DNA of 64,000 nt, from assembly GCA_963734565.1 (NCBI GenBank), contig CAVTHM010000003.1, positions 139,610 through 203,609 on the forward strand. Direction: 5' to 3'. Shown here in pieces: positions 30,986 to 39,931 of this stretch. A program made the position numbers and the translations under genes. How positions within the stretch are numbered: the first letter of the stretch is position 1; every line of letters begins with the position of its first letter. The notes beneath the pieces were generated by a model, which was given only the letters and a program-made list of their open reading frames with translations, was not told the DNA's origin and ran no database searches. Source of the DNA: an uncultured Thermoleophilia bacterium. Its GTDB lineage: Bacteria > Actinomycetota > Thermoleophilia > Gaiellales > Gaiellaceae.

Positions 30986-32802
30986 ACGAGCGCTTCCTCG
31001 TCGCGGAACGCGTCCCGCGCCACGAGCCGCGCGTAGGCACCGCCGAGCTCGAGCAGCTCCTCGTGCGTGCCGCGCTCGATCACGCGGCCGTGGTCGAGGA
31101 CGAGGATCTGGTCGGCGTCGCGGATCGTCGAGAGGCGGTGCGCGATCGTGATCGTCGTGCGGCCCTCGGCGAGCCGGTCGAGCTCCGCCTGTACGGCGCT
31201 CTCGGTGCGCGTGTCGAGCGCGCTTGTCGCCTCGTCCAGGATGAGCACCGCCGGGTTGCGCAGGACGGTCCGCGCGATCGCCATGCGCTGCTTCTCGCCG
31301 CCGGAGAAGCGGTAACCGCGCTCGCCGACCATGGTGTCGTAGCCGTCCTCGAGGCTGACGATCAGCTCGTGGATGTGCGCCGCGCGCGCCGCTTCCTCGA
31401 TCTCCTCGTCCGTCGCCTCCGGCTTCGCGAAGCGGAGGTTGTCGCGGATGGTCGCGTGGAAGAGGTACGTCTCCTGCGAGACGACGCCGATCGTCGCGGC
31501 GAGTGACTCGAAGGTCACGTCCCGGATGTCGATCCCGTCCAGGAGCACACGCCCGCGGTCGACCTCGTAGAGGCGGGCGGCGAGGTAGCCGAGCGTCGTC
31601 TTGCCGGAGCCGGTCTCGCCGACGATGGCCGTTCGCGTCCCTGCGGGCACAACGAACGACACGTCCTCGAGCGTCCACGGCGCATCAGCGTCGTAGCGGA
31701 ACCAGACGCCGTCGAAGGTGACGTCGCCGCGGCACGGCGGCAGCGGCACCGCGTCGGGCCGCTCGTCGATCTCCACTGGCAGGTCGAGGTACTCGAAGAT
31801 CCGGTCGAAGAGCGCGAGCGAGGTCTGTACGTCGACGCCGACCGAGAGCAGTGACCCAAGTGGGAAGAAGAGGCGGGTCTGGAGCGTGGTGAAGGCGATC
31901 ACCGTGGCGTAGTTGATGTCCCCGAAGCCGGCGTACCAGTAGACGAGCGCGGGCATGATCGAAAAGCTCATCTGGATCGAGGCCATGACCCACCGGCCGG
32001 CCATCCGCGACTTGACCTCGAGATTGGCCAGGTTCTCGGACTCGCGCTCGAACCGCTCCGCCAGCTCGGTGCCGCGTCCCATCGTCTTGCCGAGCAGGAT
32101 CCCGGAGACGGACAGCGATTCCTCGACGAGCGTCGACATGTCGGCGAGCATCCCCTGCATCCGCGAGGTGATCCGCCGGCGCTCGCTGCCGACCCGCCGG
32201 CTGAGCAGCACGAAGAACGGCAGGAGAATGAGCGAGAAGATCGCGAGCTGCCAGCTCAGCAGGAACATGGCGATGACCGCGGCGCCGACCGTCGCGACGT
32301 TCGAGACGATCGAAGTCGCGGTCGAGGTGACGACGTTCTGGATGCCGCCGATGTCGTTCGCGATCCGCGACTGGATCTCGCCGGTGCGCGTGCGCGTGAA
32401 GAAGGCCAGCGAGAGGCGCTGGAGGTGGCGGTACACGGCCGAGCGCAGGTCGTGCATCACGCGCTGGCCGACGACGTTCGACAGGTACGTGGAGAGGACG
32501 CCGAGCACGCCGGTGGCGATCGCGATCGCGATCAGGCCGAGCACGAGCTTGTTCAGCCACGCCTGGTCGCCCGCCGGCAGCGCGATGAAGACGTCGCGGA
32601 TCAGGAACGGCGTGATCATCCCGATCCCCGCCGAGACGAGGATCAGGGCGAGGACGGCGCTCAGCCGAAGCCGGTAGGGCCGGAAGAGCGCGAAGACGCG
32701 GCGCAGGTTCGCCTTGCGCACGGCAGGGTCCTCGGGGCGCACGACGGGCTCGCGCCCCTCGAAGCTGCGGCGGCCACCGTCCGGGTGCTGTCTAGTCCTC
32801 AT
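30982..32802 (-). CDS. ABC exporter, fused permease and ATPase (MsbA/type-1 exporter fold)
   Basis: Six-TM N-domain, Walker A GETGSGKTT, signature FSGGEKQR and Walker B ILILDEATSALD. Confidence 0.85.
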   Translation of the reverse strand: MRTRQHPDGGRRSFEGREPVVRPEDPAVRKANLRRVFALFRPYRLRLSAVLALILVSAGIGMITPFLIRDVFIALPAGDQAWLNKLVLGLIAIAIATGVLGVLSTYLSNVVGQRVMHDLRSAVYRHLQRLSLAFFTRTRTGEIQSRIANDIGGIQNVVTSTATSIVSNVATVGAAVIAMFLLSWQLAIFSLILLPFFVLLSRRVGSERRRITSRMQGMLADMSTLVEESLSVSGILLGKTMGRGTELAERFERESENLANLEVKSRMAGRWVMASIQMSFSIMPALVYWYAGFGDINYATVIAFTTLQTRLFFPLGSLLSVGVDVQTSLALFDRIFEYLDLPVEIDERPDAVPLPPCRGDVTFDGVWFRYDADAPWTLEDVSFVVPAGTRTAIVGETGSGKTTLGYLAARLYEVDRGRVLLDGIDIRDVTFESLAATIGVVSQETYLFHATIRDNLRFAKPEATDEEIEEAARAAHIHELIVSLEDGYDTMVGERGYRFSGGEKQRMAIARTVLRNPAVLILDEATSALDTRTESAVQAELDRLAEGRTTITIAHRLSTIRDADQILVLDHGRVIERGTHEELLELGGAYARLVARDAFRDEEALV

Positions 32803-32858
32803 AGACAGAAGGTAGCCCCGCGGCCTGGCGCTGCGCGGGACGCGGATACGATCCGCCC

Positions 32859-34148
32859 GTGCAGCGGTACGTCCTCTCCGAGCTCGACACGGGGATGCGG
32901 GTCGTGACGGAGAAGGTGCGCGGCGTGCGGTCGGTCGCGGTCGGCTTCTGGATCGGCGCCGGCTCCCGCGACGAGCGCAGCGCCAAGGCAGGCGCGTCGC
33001 ACTTCATCGAGCACCTGCTCTTCAAGGGCTCGCGCAACTACTCGGCGCAGGAGATCGCGTCGATCTTCGACCGGCTCGGGGGCGAGCTGAACGCGGCCAC
33101 CTCACGCGAGAACACGGTCGTCTACGCGCGCGTCCCTGACGACAAGCTCGAGCTGGCCATCGACGTGATGACCGACATGGTCTACACGCCGCTCTTCGCC
33201 GAGCTCGACGCCGAGCGCGCAGTCGTCCTCGAGGAGATCGCGATGTACGAGGACACACCGCAGGAGTACGTCCACGACCTGATCTCCGAGGCGGTCTTCG
33301 GGCGGCACCCGCTCGGCAGGCCGGTGGTGGGGACGGCGGACATCATCTCCTCGATCTCGCGGCGGTCGCTCGCGTCGTACCACCACGCGATGTACGCGCC
33401 CGGGAACGTGGTTGTCGCGGCGACCGGCAACCTCGAGCACGAGCAGCTGCTGACGCTCCTCGACCAGGCGACCGAGAAAGCGGTCGAGGCCCCGCGCCGG
33501 CCGATCCGCTCGCCGCTCGTGCGCGCCCCGGCCCCGGGGCTGCGCTTCCAGTCGAAGAAGACCGAGCAGTACCACGTGTGCCTCGCGGCGCCAGGGATTG
33601 CGCGCTCGGACCGCCGCCGCTTCGTCGTCTCGCTGCTCGACGCGATCCTGGGCGGGTCGGCGTCGTCGCGGCTCTTCCAGGAGATCCGTGAGAAGCGCGG
33701 GATGGCGTATTCCGTCTACACGTTCGCGTCGCAGTACACCGATACGGGCCAGGTCGGGCTCTACGTGGCGACGCGCGAGGACAACCTGCGGGAATGTCTG
33801 GACGTCGCCGTCGAGCAGATCCTCGACATCGCATCGGGGAACCTGACCGAGGACGAGCTCGAGCGCGCCAAGGACAACCTGAAGAGCCGGATCATGCTCG
33901 CGATGGAGTCGACGTCGAACCGCATGTCGCGGCTCGGCAAGTCGCTCATCACGAACACAGAGATCATGGCGCTGCCGCGGATCATCGCGGAGGTCGAGGC
34001 GGTCACCACGGAGGCGGTCGCGGAGCTCGCAGGGCTGCTGCTCTCGCCGGACAAGCTCTCGGCAGCCGGCGTTGGCCCGCGCGAGGACCGGTTCCTGCGC
34101 GCGGTCGAGCGCGTCAGCCCGGCGCTCGTGGCGCGCGCAGCCGCATGA
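32859..34148 (+). CDS. M16-family (pitrilysin/insulinase-like) zinc peptidase
   Basis: HxxEH motif (ASHFIEHLLFKGS). The gene occupies the conserved actinobacterial position between pnp and dapB. Confidence 0.85.
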   Translation: MQRYVLSELDTGMRVVTEKVRGVRSVAVGFWIGAGSRDERSAKAGASHFIEHLLFKGSRNYSAQEIASIFDRLGGELNAATSRENTVVYARVPDDKLELAIDVMTDMVYTPLFAELDAERAVVLEEIAMYEDTPQEYVHDLISEAVFGRHPLGRPVVGTADIISSISRRSLASYHHAMYAPGNVVVAATGNLEHEQLLTLLDQATEKAVEAPRRPIRSPLVRAPAPGLRFQSKKTEQYHVCLAAPGIARSDRRRFVVSLLDAILGGSASSRLFQEIREKRGMAYSVYTFASQYTDTGQVGLYVATREDNLRECLDVAVEQILDIASGNLTEDELERAKDNLKSRIMLAMESTSNRMSRLGKSLITNTEIMALPRIIAEVEAVTTEAVAELAGLLLSPDKLSAAGVGPREDRFLRAVERVSPALVARAAA

Positions 34149-34786
34149 AGATTGCGCTCTTCGGCGCAGAGGGCAAGGTCGGCTCGGTGCTCGGCCAGGC
34201 GCTCGCCGCCGAGGGGCACGAGGTGACTCCGATCGAGCAGGGCGACGAGGTGGCGCTCGCCGGCCACGACGCGGCCGTGGACTTCACGCAGCCCGACGCC
34301 GTGGCGCACAACGTGCTCGCCGGGCTCGAGCAGGGCGTTCCGGCGGTGGTCGGAACGACGGGGCTCCAGCCGGACGAGCTCGAGCGGATCGACGCGACCG
34401 CTCGCGACCGCGGGCTGGCGGTGTTCCTCGCGCCGAATTTCGCGATCGGCGCCGTGCTGATGATGCGGTTCGCCGCGCAGGCGGCGAAGTACATGCCGCG
34501 CGCGGAGATCGTCGAGCTGCACCACGACACAAAGCTCGATGCGCCATCGGGCACCGCGAAGGCGACGGCGGCGCTCATCGGCGACGGGACGCCTATCCAT
34601 TCAGTGCGACTGCCGGGCCTCGTGGCGCACCAGGAGGTGCTGTTCGGCGGCCCCGGCCAGCTGCTGACGATCCGCCATGACACCAGCTCGCGCGAGGCGT
34701 TCGTCCCCGGCGTGCTGCTGGCACTCGCGCGGCTGGACGAGCTGCCGGCCGGGCTCACGGTCGGGCTGGACGCGCTGCTGGACTGA
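34145..34786 (+). CDS. dapB: 4-hydroxy-tetrahydrodipicolinate reductase (short form)
   Basis: Translation reads MKIALFGAEGKVG.., ..VVGTTG.., ..APNFAIGAVLM.., ..EIVELHH..K.DAPSGTA. The ATG at 34145 overlaps the previous stop (ATGA). Confidence 0.85.
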   Translation: MKIALFGAEGKVGSVLGQALAAEGHEVTPIEQGDEVALAGHDAAVDFTQPDAVAHNVLAGLEQGVPAVVGTTGLQPDELERIDATARDRGLAVFLAPNFAIGAVLMMRFAAQAAKYMPRAEIVELHHDTKLDAPSGTAKATAALIGDGTPIHSVRLPGLVAHQEVLFGGPGQLLTIRHDTSSREAFVPGVLLALARLDELPAGLTVGLDALLD

Positions 34787-34791
34787 GCAGC

Positions 34792-34986
34792 GTGCCGATG
34801 CGCCCGCGCACCTGGGCTCTGATCGGCGGGGTCGTCGCGTTACTGGCGATCGGCAAGTTCCTGCTGGACGGTGACTCCGTCCCGGGCTCGCTCGCCGCTG
34901 GGGCGATCTTCGGCGCCCTGACCTACGTCTTCTTCTGGCTGCGCACCGCCCTGGTCGAGCGCCGCGAGCGGCGCCGCCACTCGTAG
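34792..34986 (+). CDS. small membrane protein (hypothetical)
   Basis: A 64-aa product with two hydrophobic helices (WALIGGVVALLAIGKFLL and AAGAIFGALTYVFFWL) and high GC3. Confidence 0.4.
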   Translation: MPMRPRTWALIGGVVALLAIGKFLLDGDSVPGSLAAGAIFGALTYVFFWLRTALVERRERRRHS

Positions 34987-34996
34987 GCGAGCGCCC

Positions 34997-35725
34997 TTAG
35001 GGCAGCTTGAGCCCGACGAAGACCGCCCAGCCGAGCAGGGCTCGCCGCCACTCGAGCTGGTCGCTGCGACGGCGCTCGTGCGCGCTGCGAACCTCGTCGG
35101 CCCCGGGGTGGCCGGCGTTGTCGACGAGCCACTCCTCCACCGCCCGCCAGTGCAGGCTCTCGTAGCGGTCCCAGTCGTCCTCGGACGCGGCGATCACGCC
35201 CGTGACAGCGAAACCCGCCTCGGCGAGCCGGCTGGACGTCCCGGCCAGGTCGACGTAGCCGTCGGCGGCCATTCCTTCGGGAAGCGGCCAGCTGCGCCAG
35301 AACGGTTCCCCGATCGCGACGAAGCCGCCGCTGCGCACAGCCGGCCGGAGCGCCGCTGCGGCATCGGCGATCGTTCCCCAGACGAACGCAGCGCCCAGGC
35401 AGAGCCCCGCGTCGTACGCACCGGCCTCGAGCTCCACCTCAGCGGCGTCGGCGGTCTCGACGGTGATCAGCGAGTCGAGGCCCTCGGCTGCGGCGCGGGC
35501 GCGCGCCTCGTCCGCGAACGCCTCACGCACCTCGATCCCCTCGATGCGGCAGCCGTGCATCCGCGCGAGGATGCGCGCCGGCCCGCCCTTGCCGCAGGCG
35601 ATGTCGAGCACGCGGCTGTCGGGCGAGAGGCGAAGGTACTCGCCGAGCAGGCGGATCTTGTCCTCGCTCGTCGGGTTCTGGAGCTCGTGGTCGCGCTCGA
35701 CGATCTCCCAGGGCCAGTAGGGCAC
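34997..35725 (-). CDS. class I SAM-dependent methyltransferase
   Basis: Motif I ..VLDIACGKGGPARILA... The gene is co-directional with, and 4 nt downstream of, the FtsX-like permease gene. Confidence 0.75.
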   Translation of the reverse strand: MPYWPWEIVERDHELQNPTSEDKIRLLGEYLRLSPDSRVLDIACGKGGPARILARMHGCRIEGIEVREAFADEARARAAAEGLDSLITVETADAAEVELEAGAYDAGLCLGAAFVWGTIADAAAALRPAVRSGGFVAIGEPFWRSWPLPEGMAADGYVDLAGTSSRLAEAGFAVTGVIAASEDDWDRYESLHWRAVEEWLVDNAGHPGADEVRSAHERRRSDQLEWRRALLGWAVFVGLKLP

Positions 35726-35729
35726 CGGG

Positions 35730-38303
35730 CTACTCGTACGCGAGCGCTTCGAGCGGCTTGAGCCGTGCCGCGCGCCGCGCCGGGAAGACCGCGGCCAGCA
35801 CGCCGACCAGCATCGTCGCGATCGCGAACACGATCAGCGAGCCGACCGGCAGCGAGAACGTGATGAAGTCCACCCGCGCGACGAGCAGCCCGCCGAGCAC
35901 GATGCCGAGGACGATGCCGATCGCGCCGCCGAGCGACGCGGTGATGACGCTCTCCCAGCGGATCATCCGGCGCACCTGGCGGCGGGTCATCCCGACCGCG
36001 CGGAGCATCCCGATCTCACGTGTGCGCTCGAACACGGTGAGCACGAGCGTGTTGACGATCCCGATGAGGCTGACGACGACGGACAGCGCCAGCAGCACGT
36101 AGAGCACGTTCAGCACGGACTGCAACGCGGCGATCTGGTTGTCGACGAACTCGGTCTTCGTCTGCACCTTCGCGTTCGGGAACGCCTTCAGCGCCTCGTC
36201 GAGTCGCGCCTGGTTGGCGTGGTTCGTGCCGCCTTCGACCGTCAGGAACGAGAAAAGGTTGCGCGGCGAGTCGTAGTTGCGGTCGAAGACGGCCTGCGAG
36301 AACGTCACGGCGCCGAAGGGCGATCCGCCGGCCGGCGGATCGAAGATCCCGTGGAGTTTCAGGTGCAGCGTCGTGCCGCGCGGCGTCAGCACCGTCACCG
36401 GCGAGCCCATGTCGAGGTGATGGTCCTTGGCGTAGTTCTTGTCGACGAAGACGCCGTCGTTGCCGAGGGTCGCCAGCACCTGCTGCGAGCCCTGCGTCCA
36501 GTCGAGCTTGAAGATCTTCGCCGCGTCGGGGTTCACGGCCGTCGCCTGCTCGACACTGCCGAAGACCTTCGCCTCGCCCGCGCGCACGTTGGCGACGGCG
36601 GTCACGCCCGGCACCTTCGCGGCCGCGTCGGCGGCGGAGGTGGGGATCGGCGTGAAGTTGTTCTGCGCCGTGATGGCGTAGTCGGCGTTCCAGATGCTGT
36701 TGACGGCGTTGCGGAAGCTGCTGGTGATCCCGGCCGCCAGCACCGCGACGAGCGTGACCAGCGCGAGGCCGATCATCAGGGCGGACGCGGTCGAGGCGGT
36801 GCGCTCCGGGTTGCGCTGCGAGTTCTCGCGCGCGAGCGTGCCGGCCACCCCGCCGATCCGCGCGGCCGGCCAGCCGAGCACGGTCGACAGCGGCCGCACG
36901 AGCTTGGCGGACAGCAACGAGACGCCCACGAAGATGAGCAGGGCGCCGACGCCCATCCAGAGCAGGATCGCGGTCGTGCCGAGGCCGGAGCCGAACAGCC
37001 CGAAGCTGAGCGCGGCGAAACCGAGGATGGTCGTCACGAGGGCCACCCAGGGCCGGAAGCGGGCGTAGCGCCCGGGCGGCAGCGTCGCGCCCTCGCGGAC
37101 CGCCGCGATCGGCGGCACGCGCGTCGCGCGAAACGCAGGGCGGAGGCTCGCGAGCAGCGTCACGATGATCCCCGCGAGCATCGCCACGATCACGGTGCGC
37201 GGCAGCAGCACGAGCCCGTTGTTCGGGAGCGTGAAACCGACCGCGTCGAACAGCTTGAAGAGCCCGGTTGCCAGGCCGAGCCCGACGAGCACGCCGACGA
37301 TCGAGGCCAGCACGCCCATCACGAGTGCCTCCACGATCACCGACCCGAGCACCTGCCGCCGCGAGGCCCCGATCGTCCGCAGGGTGGCGAACTCGCGCAT
37401 GCGCTGCGCGATCGTGATCGAGAGCGAGTTGGCGATCACGAAGACGCCGACGAAGAGCGCGATGAAGCCGAAGGCGAGCAGGAAGTCCTGGAGGAACGAG
37501 ACGAACTGGGTCGCGCCCTCGGCGTCCTTGCTCGCCTGCGCCTCGCCGGTCCGCACCTGCGTGCCGGCCGGCAGGATCGGCCGGATCTGCTTGACGAGCT
37601 GCTGCGGCGTGACCCCGCTGCGGGCGCTCGCACGGATCTGGTCGAGCTTGCCGACCTTGTCGAAGAGCCGCTGCGCCGTCGGCAGGTCGAAGCCCGCGAG
37701 CGTCGCGCCGCCGAGGCTCGAGGCGCCTCCGAAGTGGACGAGCCCGGAGATGTGCATCCGCCGCACCGGCCCGACGCCCTGGACGCCGATCTCCTGGCCG
37801 ACCTTCAGGTCCTTCTTGGACGCGGTCGCGCTGTCGACGACCACCTGGTTCGCGCGCGGCCAGGTCCCGTCCGTCAGCTCGAGGGCCGACAGCTCGGGCC
37901 GCGTCGGGTCGACGCTGAAGCCCAGGTTCGGCGCACCGCCGAAGACGATCGCCTTGCCGCCCGAGCCGACGAGCTGGGCCTCGCCGGCAACGCCGCCGAC
38001 CGCTTCGGCGACATCGGGCAGCCCGCGGACGCGCTGGAGCAGCGCCTGGCCGAACGGCGGCTGCGTCGAGTTCGAGTCGCTCGACAGGTCGAACGCGCTC
38101 TTGCCGGTGATGGTCGCGTCGGTGCCGCGGTAGACCTCGGTGAAGATCCCCGAGAACGCGCGGTTGATCGAGTCGGTGAGGACGAACGTCCCGGTGACCA
38201 GCGCGACGCCGAGCACGATCGCCAGGGCGGTGAGGACCGTGCGGAGCTTCCGGCCGAGCATCCCACGTAGCGCGACCTTGACCATCGCGGCCAGCCTAGT
38301 CAC
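35730..38303 (-). CDS. ABC transporter permease with two FtsX-like domains (MacB-type); no adjacent ATPase gene
   Basis: An 857-aa product with two copies of the ..A.RxREIGxLRAxGxxRRQV.. FtsX signature (..QRMREFATLRTIGASRRQV.. and ..ERTREIGMLRAVGMTRRQV..). Confidence 0.8.
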   Translation of the reverse strand: MTRLAAMVKVALRGMLGRKLRTVLTALAIVLGVALVTGTFVLTDSINRAFSGIFTEVYRGTDATITGKSAFDLSSDSNSTQPPFGQALLQRVRGLPDVAEAVGGVAGEAQLVGSGGKAIVFGGAPNLGFSVDPTRPELSALELTDGTWPRANQVVVDSATASKKDLKVGQEIGVQGVGPVRRMHISGLVHFGGASSLGGATLAGFDLPTAQRLFDKVGKLDQIRASARSGVTPQQLVKQIRPILPAGTQVRTGEAQASKDAEGATQFVSFLQDFLLAFGFIALFVGVFVIANSLSITIAQRMREFATLRTIGASRRQVLGSVIVEALVMGVLASIVGVLVGLGLATGLFKLFDAVGFTLPNNGLVLLPRTVIVAMLAGIIVTLLASLRPAFRATRVPPIAAVREGATLPPGRYARFRPWVALVTTILGFAALSFGLFGSGLGTTAILLWMGVGALLIFVGVSLLSAKLVRPLSTVLGWPAARIGGVAGTLARENSQRNPERTASTASALMIGLALVTLVAVLAAGITSSFRNAVNSIWNADYAITAQNNFTPIPTSAADAAAKVPGVTAVANVRAGEAKVFGSVEQATAVNPDAAKIFKLDWTQGSQQVLATLGNDGVFVDKNYAKDHHLDMGSPVTVLTPRGTTLHLKLHGIFDPPAGGSPFGAVTFSQAVFDRNYDSPRNLFSFLTVEGGTNHANQARLDEALKAFPNAKVQTKTEFVDNQIAALQSVLNVLYVLLALSVVVSLIGIVNTLVLTVFERTREIGMLRAVGMTRRQVRRMIRWESVITASLGGAIGIVLGIVLGGLLVARVDFITFSLPVGSLIVFAIATMLVGVLAAVFPARRAARLKPLEALAYE

Positions 38304-38340
38304 GGCATGCCTGCTCGCCGCCTGCTCCTAGACTCGGGGT

Positions 38341-38745
38341 GTGGACGTCCTCGCCTCACCGCTTGCCGATGCGACCCTTGCCCCGGCCGGCTCCGAGCTC
38401 GTCCTCGTCGAGTGGGTCGACCCTGGGGGCGACCCGGGCGACCCGCAGCCGCTCGCGCCGTTCCATGTCCACCACCGCGACGACGAGGCCTGGTACGTGA
38501 TCGAGGGCGCGCTCGGCTTCCGGGTCGGCGACGAGCAGGTGGTCGCGCGCGCCGGCGACGCCGTGATCGTTCCGCACGGCACGCCGCACACGTTCTGGAA
38601 CGCCGCGGCCCAGCCGTGCCGCTACCTGATCGCGATGACGCGCGAGATCAAGGCGATCATCGACGAGGCACACGCGCTCGAGGACCGGAGCCCGGACGCC
38701 CTCGGCGACGTCTTCCGGCGGCACGACAGTGACCTCGTCGACTGA
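38341..38745 (+). CDS. cupin-domain protein
   Basis: Translation reads ..FHVHHRDDEAWYVIEGALGFRVGDE......GDAV.VP.GTPHTF.N.., a two-His/Glu cupin motif. Confidence 0.65.
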   Translation: MDVLASPLADATLAPAGSELVLVEWVDPGGDPGDPQPLAPFHVHHRDDEAWYVIEGALGFRVGDEQVVARAGDAVIVPHGTPHTFWNAAAQPCRYLIAMTREIKAIIDEAHALEDRSPDALGDVFRRHDSDLVD

Positions 38746-39391
38746 CCAGCGCGTCCGCGCGTACCTCTACGAGCGGTTCGTCGCGCTTGGCTCGCCGCCC
38801 GCCGTGGGCGAGACGGCCGACGCGCTCGGCCTGAAGGTGAACGAGGCTGAGGCTGCGTACCGGCGTCTCGCCGACGCGCACGTCATCGTTCTCAAGCCGG
38901 GCACGACCGACGTCTGGATGGCGGCGCCGCTCTCGGCGCGGCCGACACCGTTCCTCGTCACGACGTCGCTCGGGACGCACTTCGGCAACTGCGTCTGGGA
39001 TGCGCTCGGCATCGCGGCGATGCTGGGCCACGACGCGCGCATCGACACCGACTGCGCGGACTGCGGCGCGTCCATGCGGCTCGAGGTTCGGGCCGGTGAG
39101 CTCGACGCGGAAGGCGTTGCGCACTTCGCCGTCCCCGCCGCGCACTGGTGGGACGACATCGGCCACACCTGAGCGACCATGCTGGCCTTCCGGTCGGAAG
39201 CGCACGTCGACGCCTGGTGCGAGCAGCGCGGCCTGGAGCGCGGCGCCTCGTTCCCGCTGGGGACCTGCTGGCGGCTTGCACAGGCCTGGTACGGCGACCG
39301 CCTGTCGCCCGAGTGGAGCCGCCGCACGCCGGCCGAGGCGCAGGAGGTCTTCGATCACCTCGGGCTGACGGGCGATTTCTGGCGCTTATGA
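38729..39391 (+). CDS. MerB-like (alkylmercury lyase family) protein with an in-frame TGA at 39170-39172: candidate selenocysteine codon, otherwise a nonsense-interrupted pseudogene
   Basis: ORFs 38729-39172 and 39179-39391 share one frame. The joined product matches MerB blocks (..GNCVWDALGIAAMLG.., ..DCADCGASMRLEV.., ..T[TGA]ATMLAFRSEAHVDAW..). The TGA appears to align with catalytic Cys159 of MerB. Confidence 0.65.
39185..39201 (+). promoter_or_regulatory. SECIS-like hairpin downstream of the in-frame UGA
   Basis: G-(C bulge)-CUUCC-GGUC-GGAAG-C. The GGUC loop occupies nt 23-26 counted from the U of UGA; as I recall it, E. coli fdhF has bulged U17 and a GGUC loop at nt 22-25. Confidence 0.45.
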
Positions 39392-39445
39392 ATCCACGGT
39401 CTGCGGGATGTCGTACCCCAGACAACGAAATAGGATGGAGAACCG

Positions 39446-39697
39446 ATGCCTCTTTACATGGACATGCACACCATCGACGGCGGCGTGACCCTCGACGATG
39501 TCGCCGAGGCTCACCGCAGAGATCTCGAGGTACAGGGCAAGTACGGCGTCGACTACAAGTCGTACTGGGTCGACGAGTCGTCGGGCAAGGTCTTCTGCCT
39601 CGTCGAGGCTCCGGACCCCGAGACGGCAGCGCACGTGCACGCCGAGGCGCACGGCCTCGTCGCCGACGACATCTGGGAAGTCAAGCAGGGCAGCTAG
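39446..39697 (+). CDS. DUF4242-family small protein
   Basis: MPLYMDMHTI.GGVTLDDVAEAH..DL.VQ.KYGV.Y..YWVDE..GKVFCLVEAPD.E.A..VH.EAHGLVAD.I.EV, with RBS AGGATGGAG. Confidence 0.7.
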   Translation: MPLYMDMHTIDGGVTLDDVAEAHRRDLEVQGKYGVDYKSYWVDESSGKVFCLVEAPDPETAAHVHAEAHGLVADDIWEVKQGS

Positions 39698-39931
39698 GAG
39701 GGATTGGCGGAACGTCGCTCGTCGCAGGGGTGCGATGCTCGTCCCGAGGCTAGGACGCAGGGAGCGTTCGTATGCTTGTCATACGGGCGCGACTGAGGAC
39801 GACGCATCGGGGCGAGCAGCGCGGCCCGGCGGCTCAGACGTCGTTTCGCCAAGCCCTCCTGACCCGCGAACGCTCCGGCACGCTCGGCTCCGCGAGGAGC
39901 CGGGCGGGGCGCGGAGTACACTCTTCCCAGC

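Noticed and set aside
39698-39931. A possible lysine riboswitch (L-box) in the 234-nt dapA leader.
   Set aside because: I could not recognise the conserved L-box core segments or the five-helix layout by eye. Only the short AT-rich palindrome is notable. A covariance-model scan is needed to be sure.
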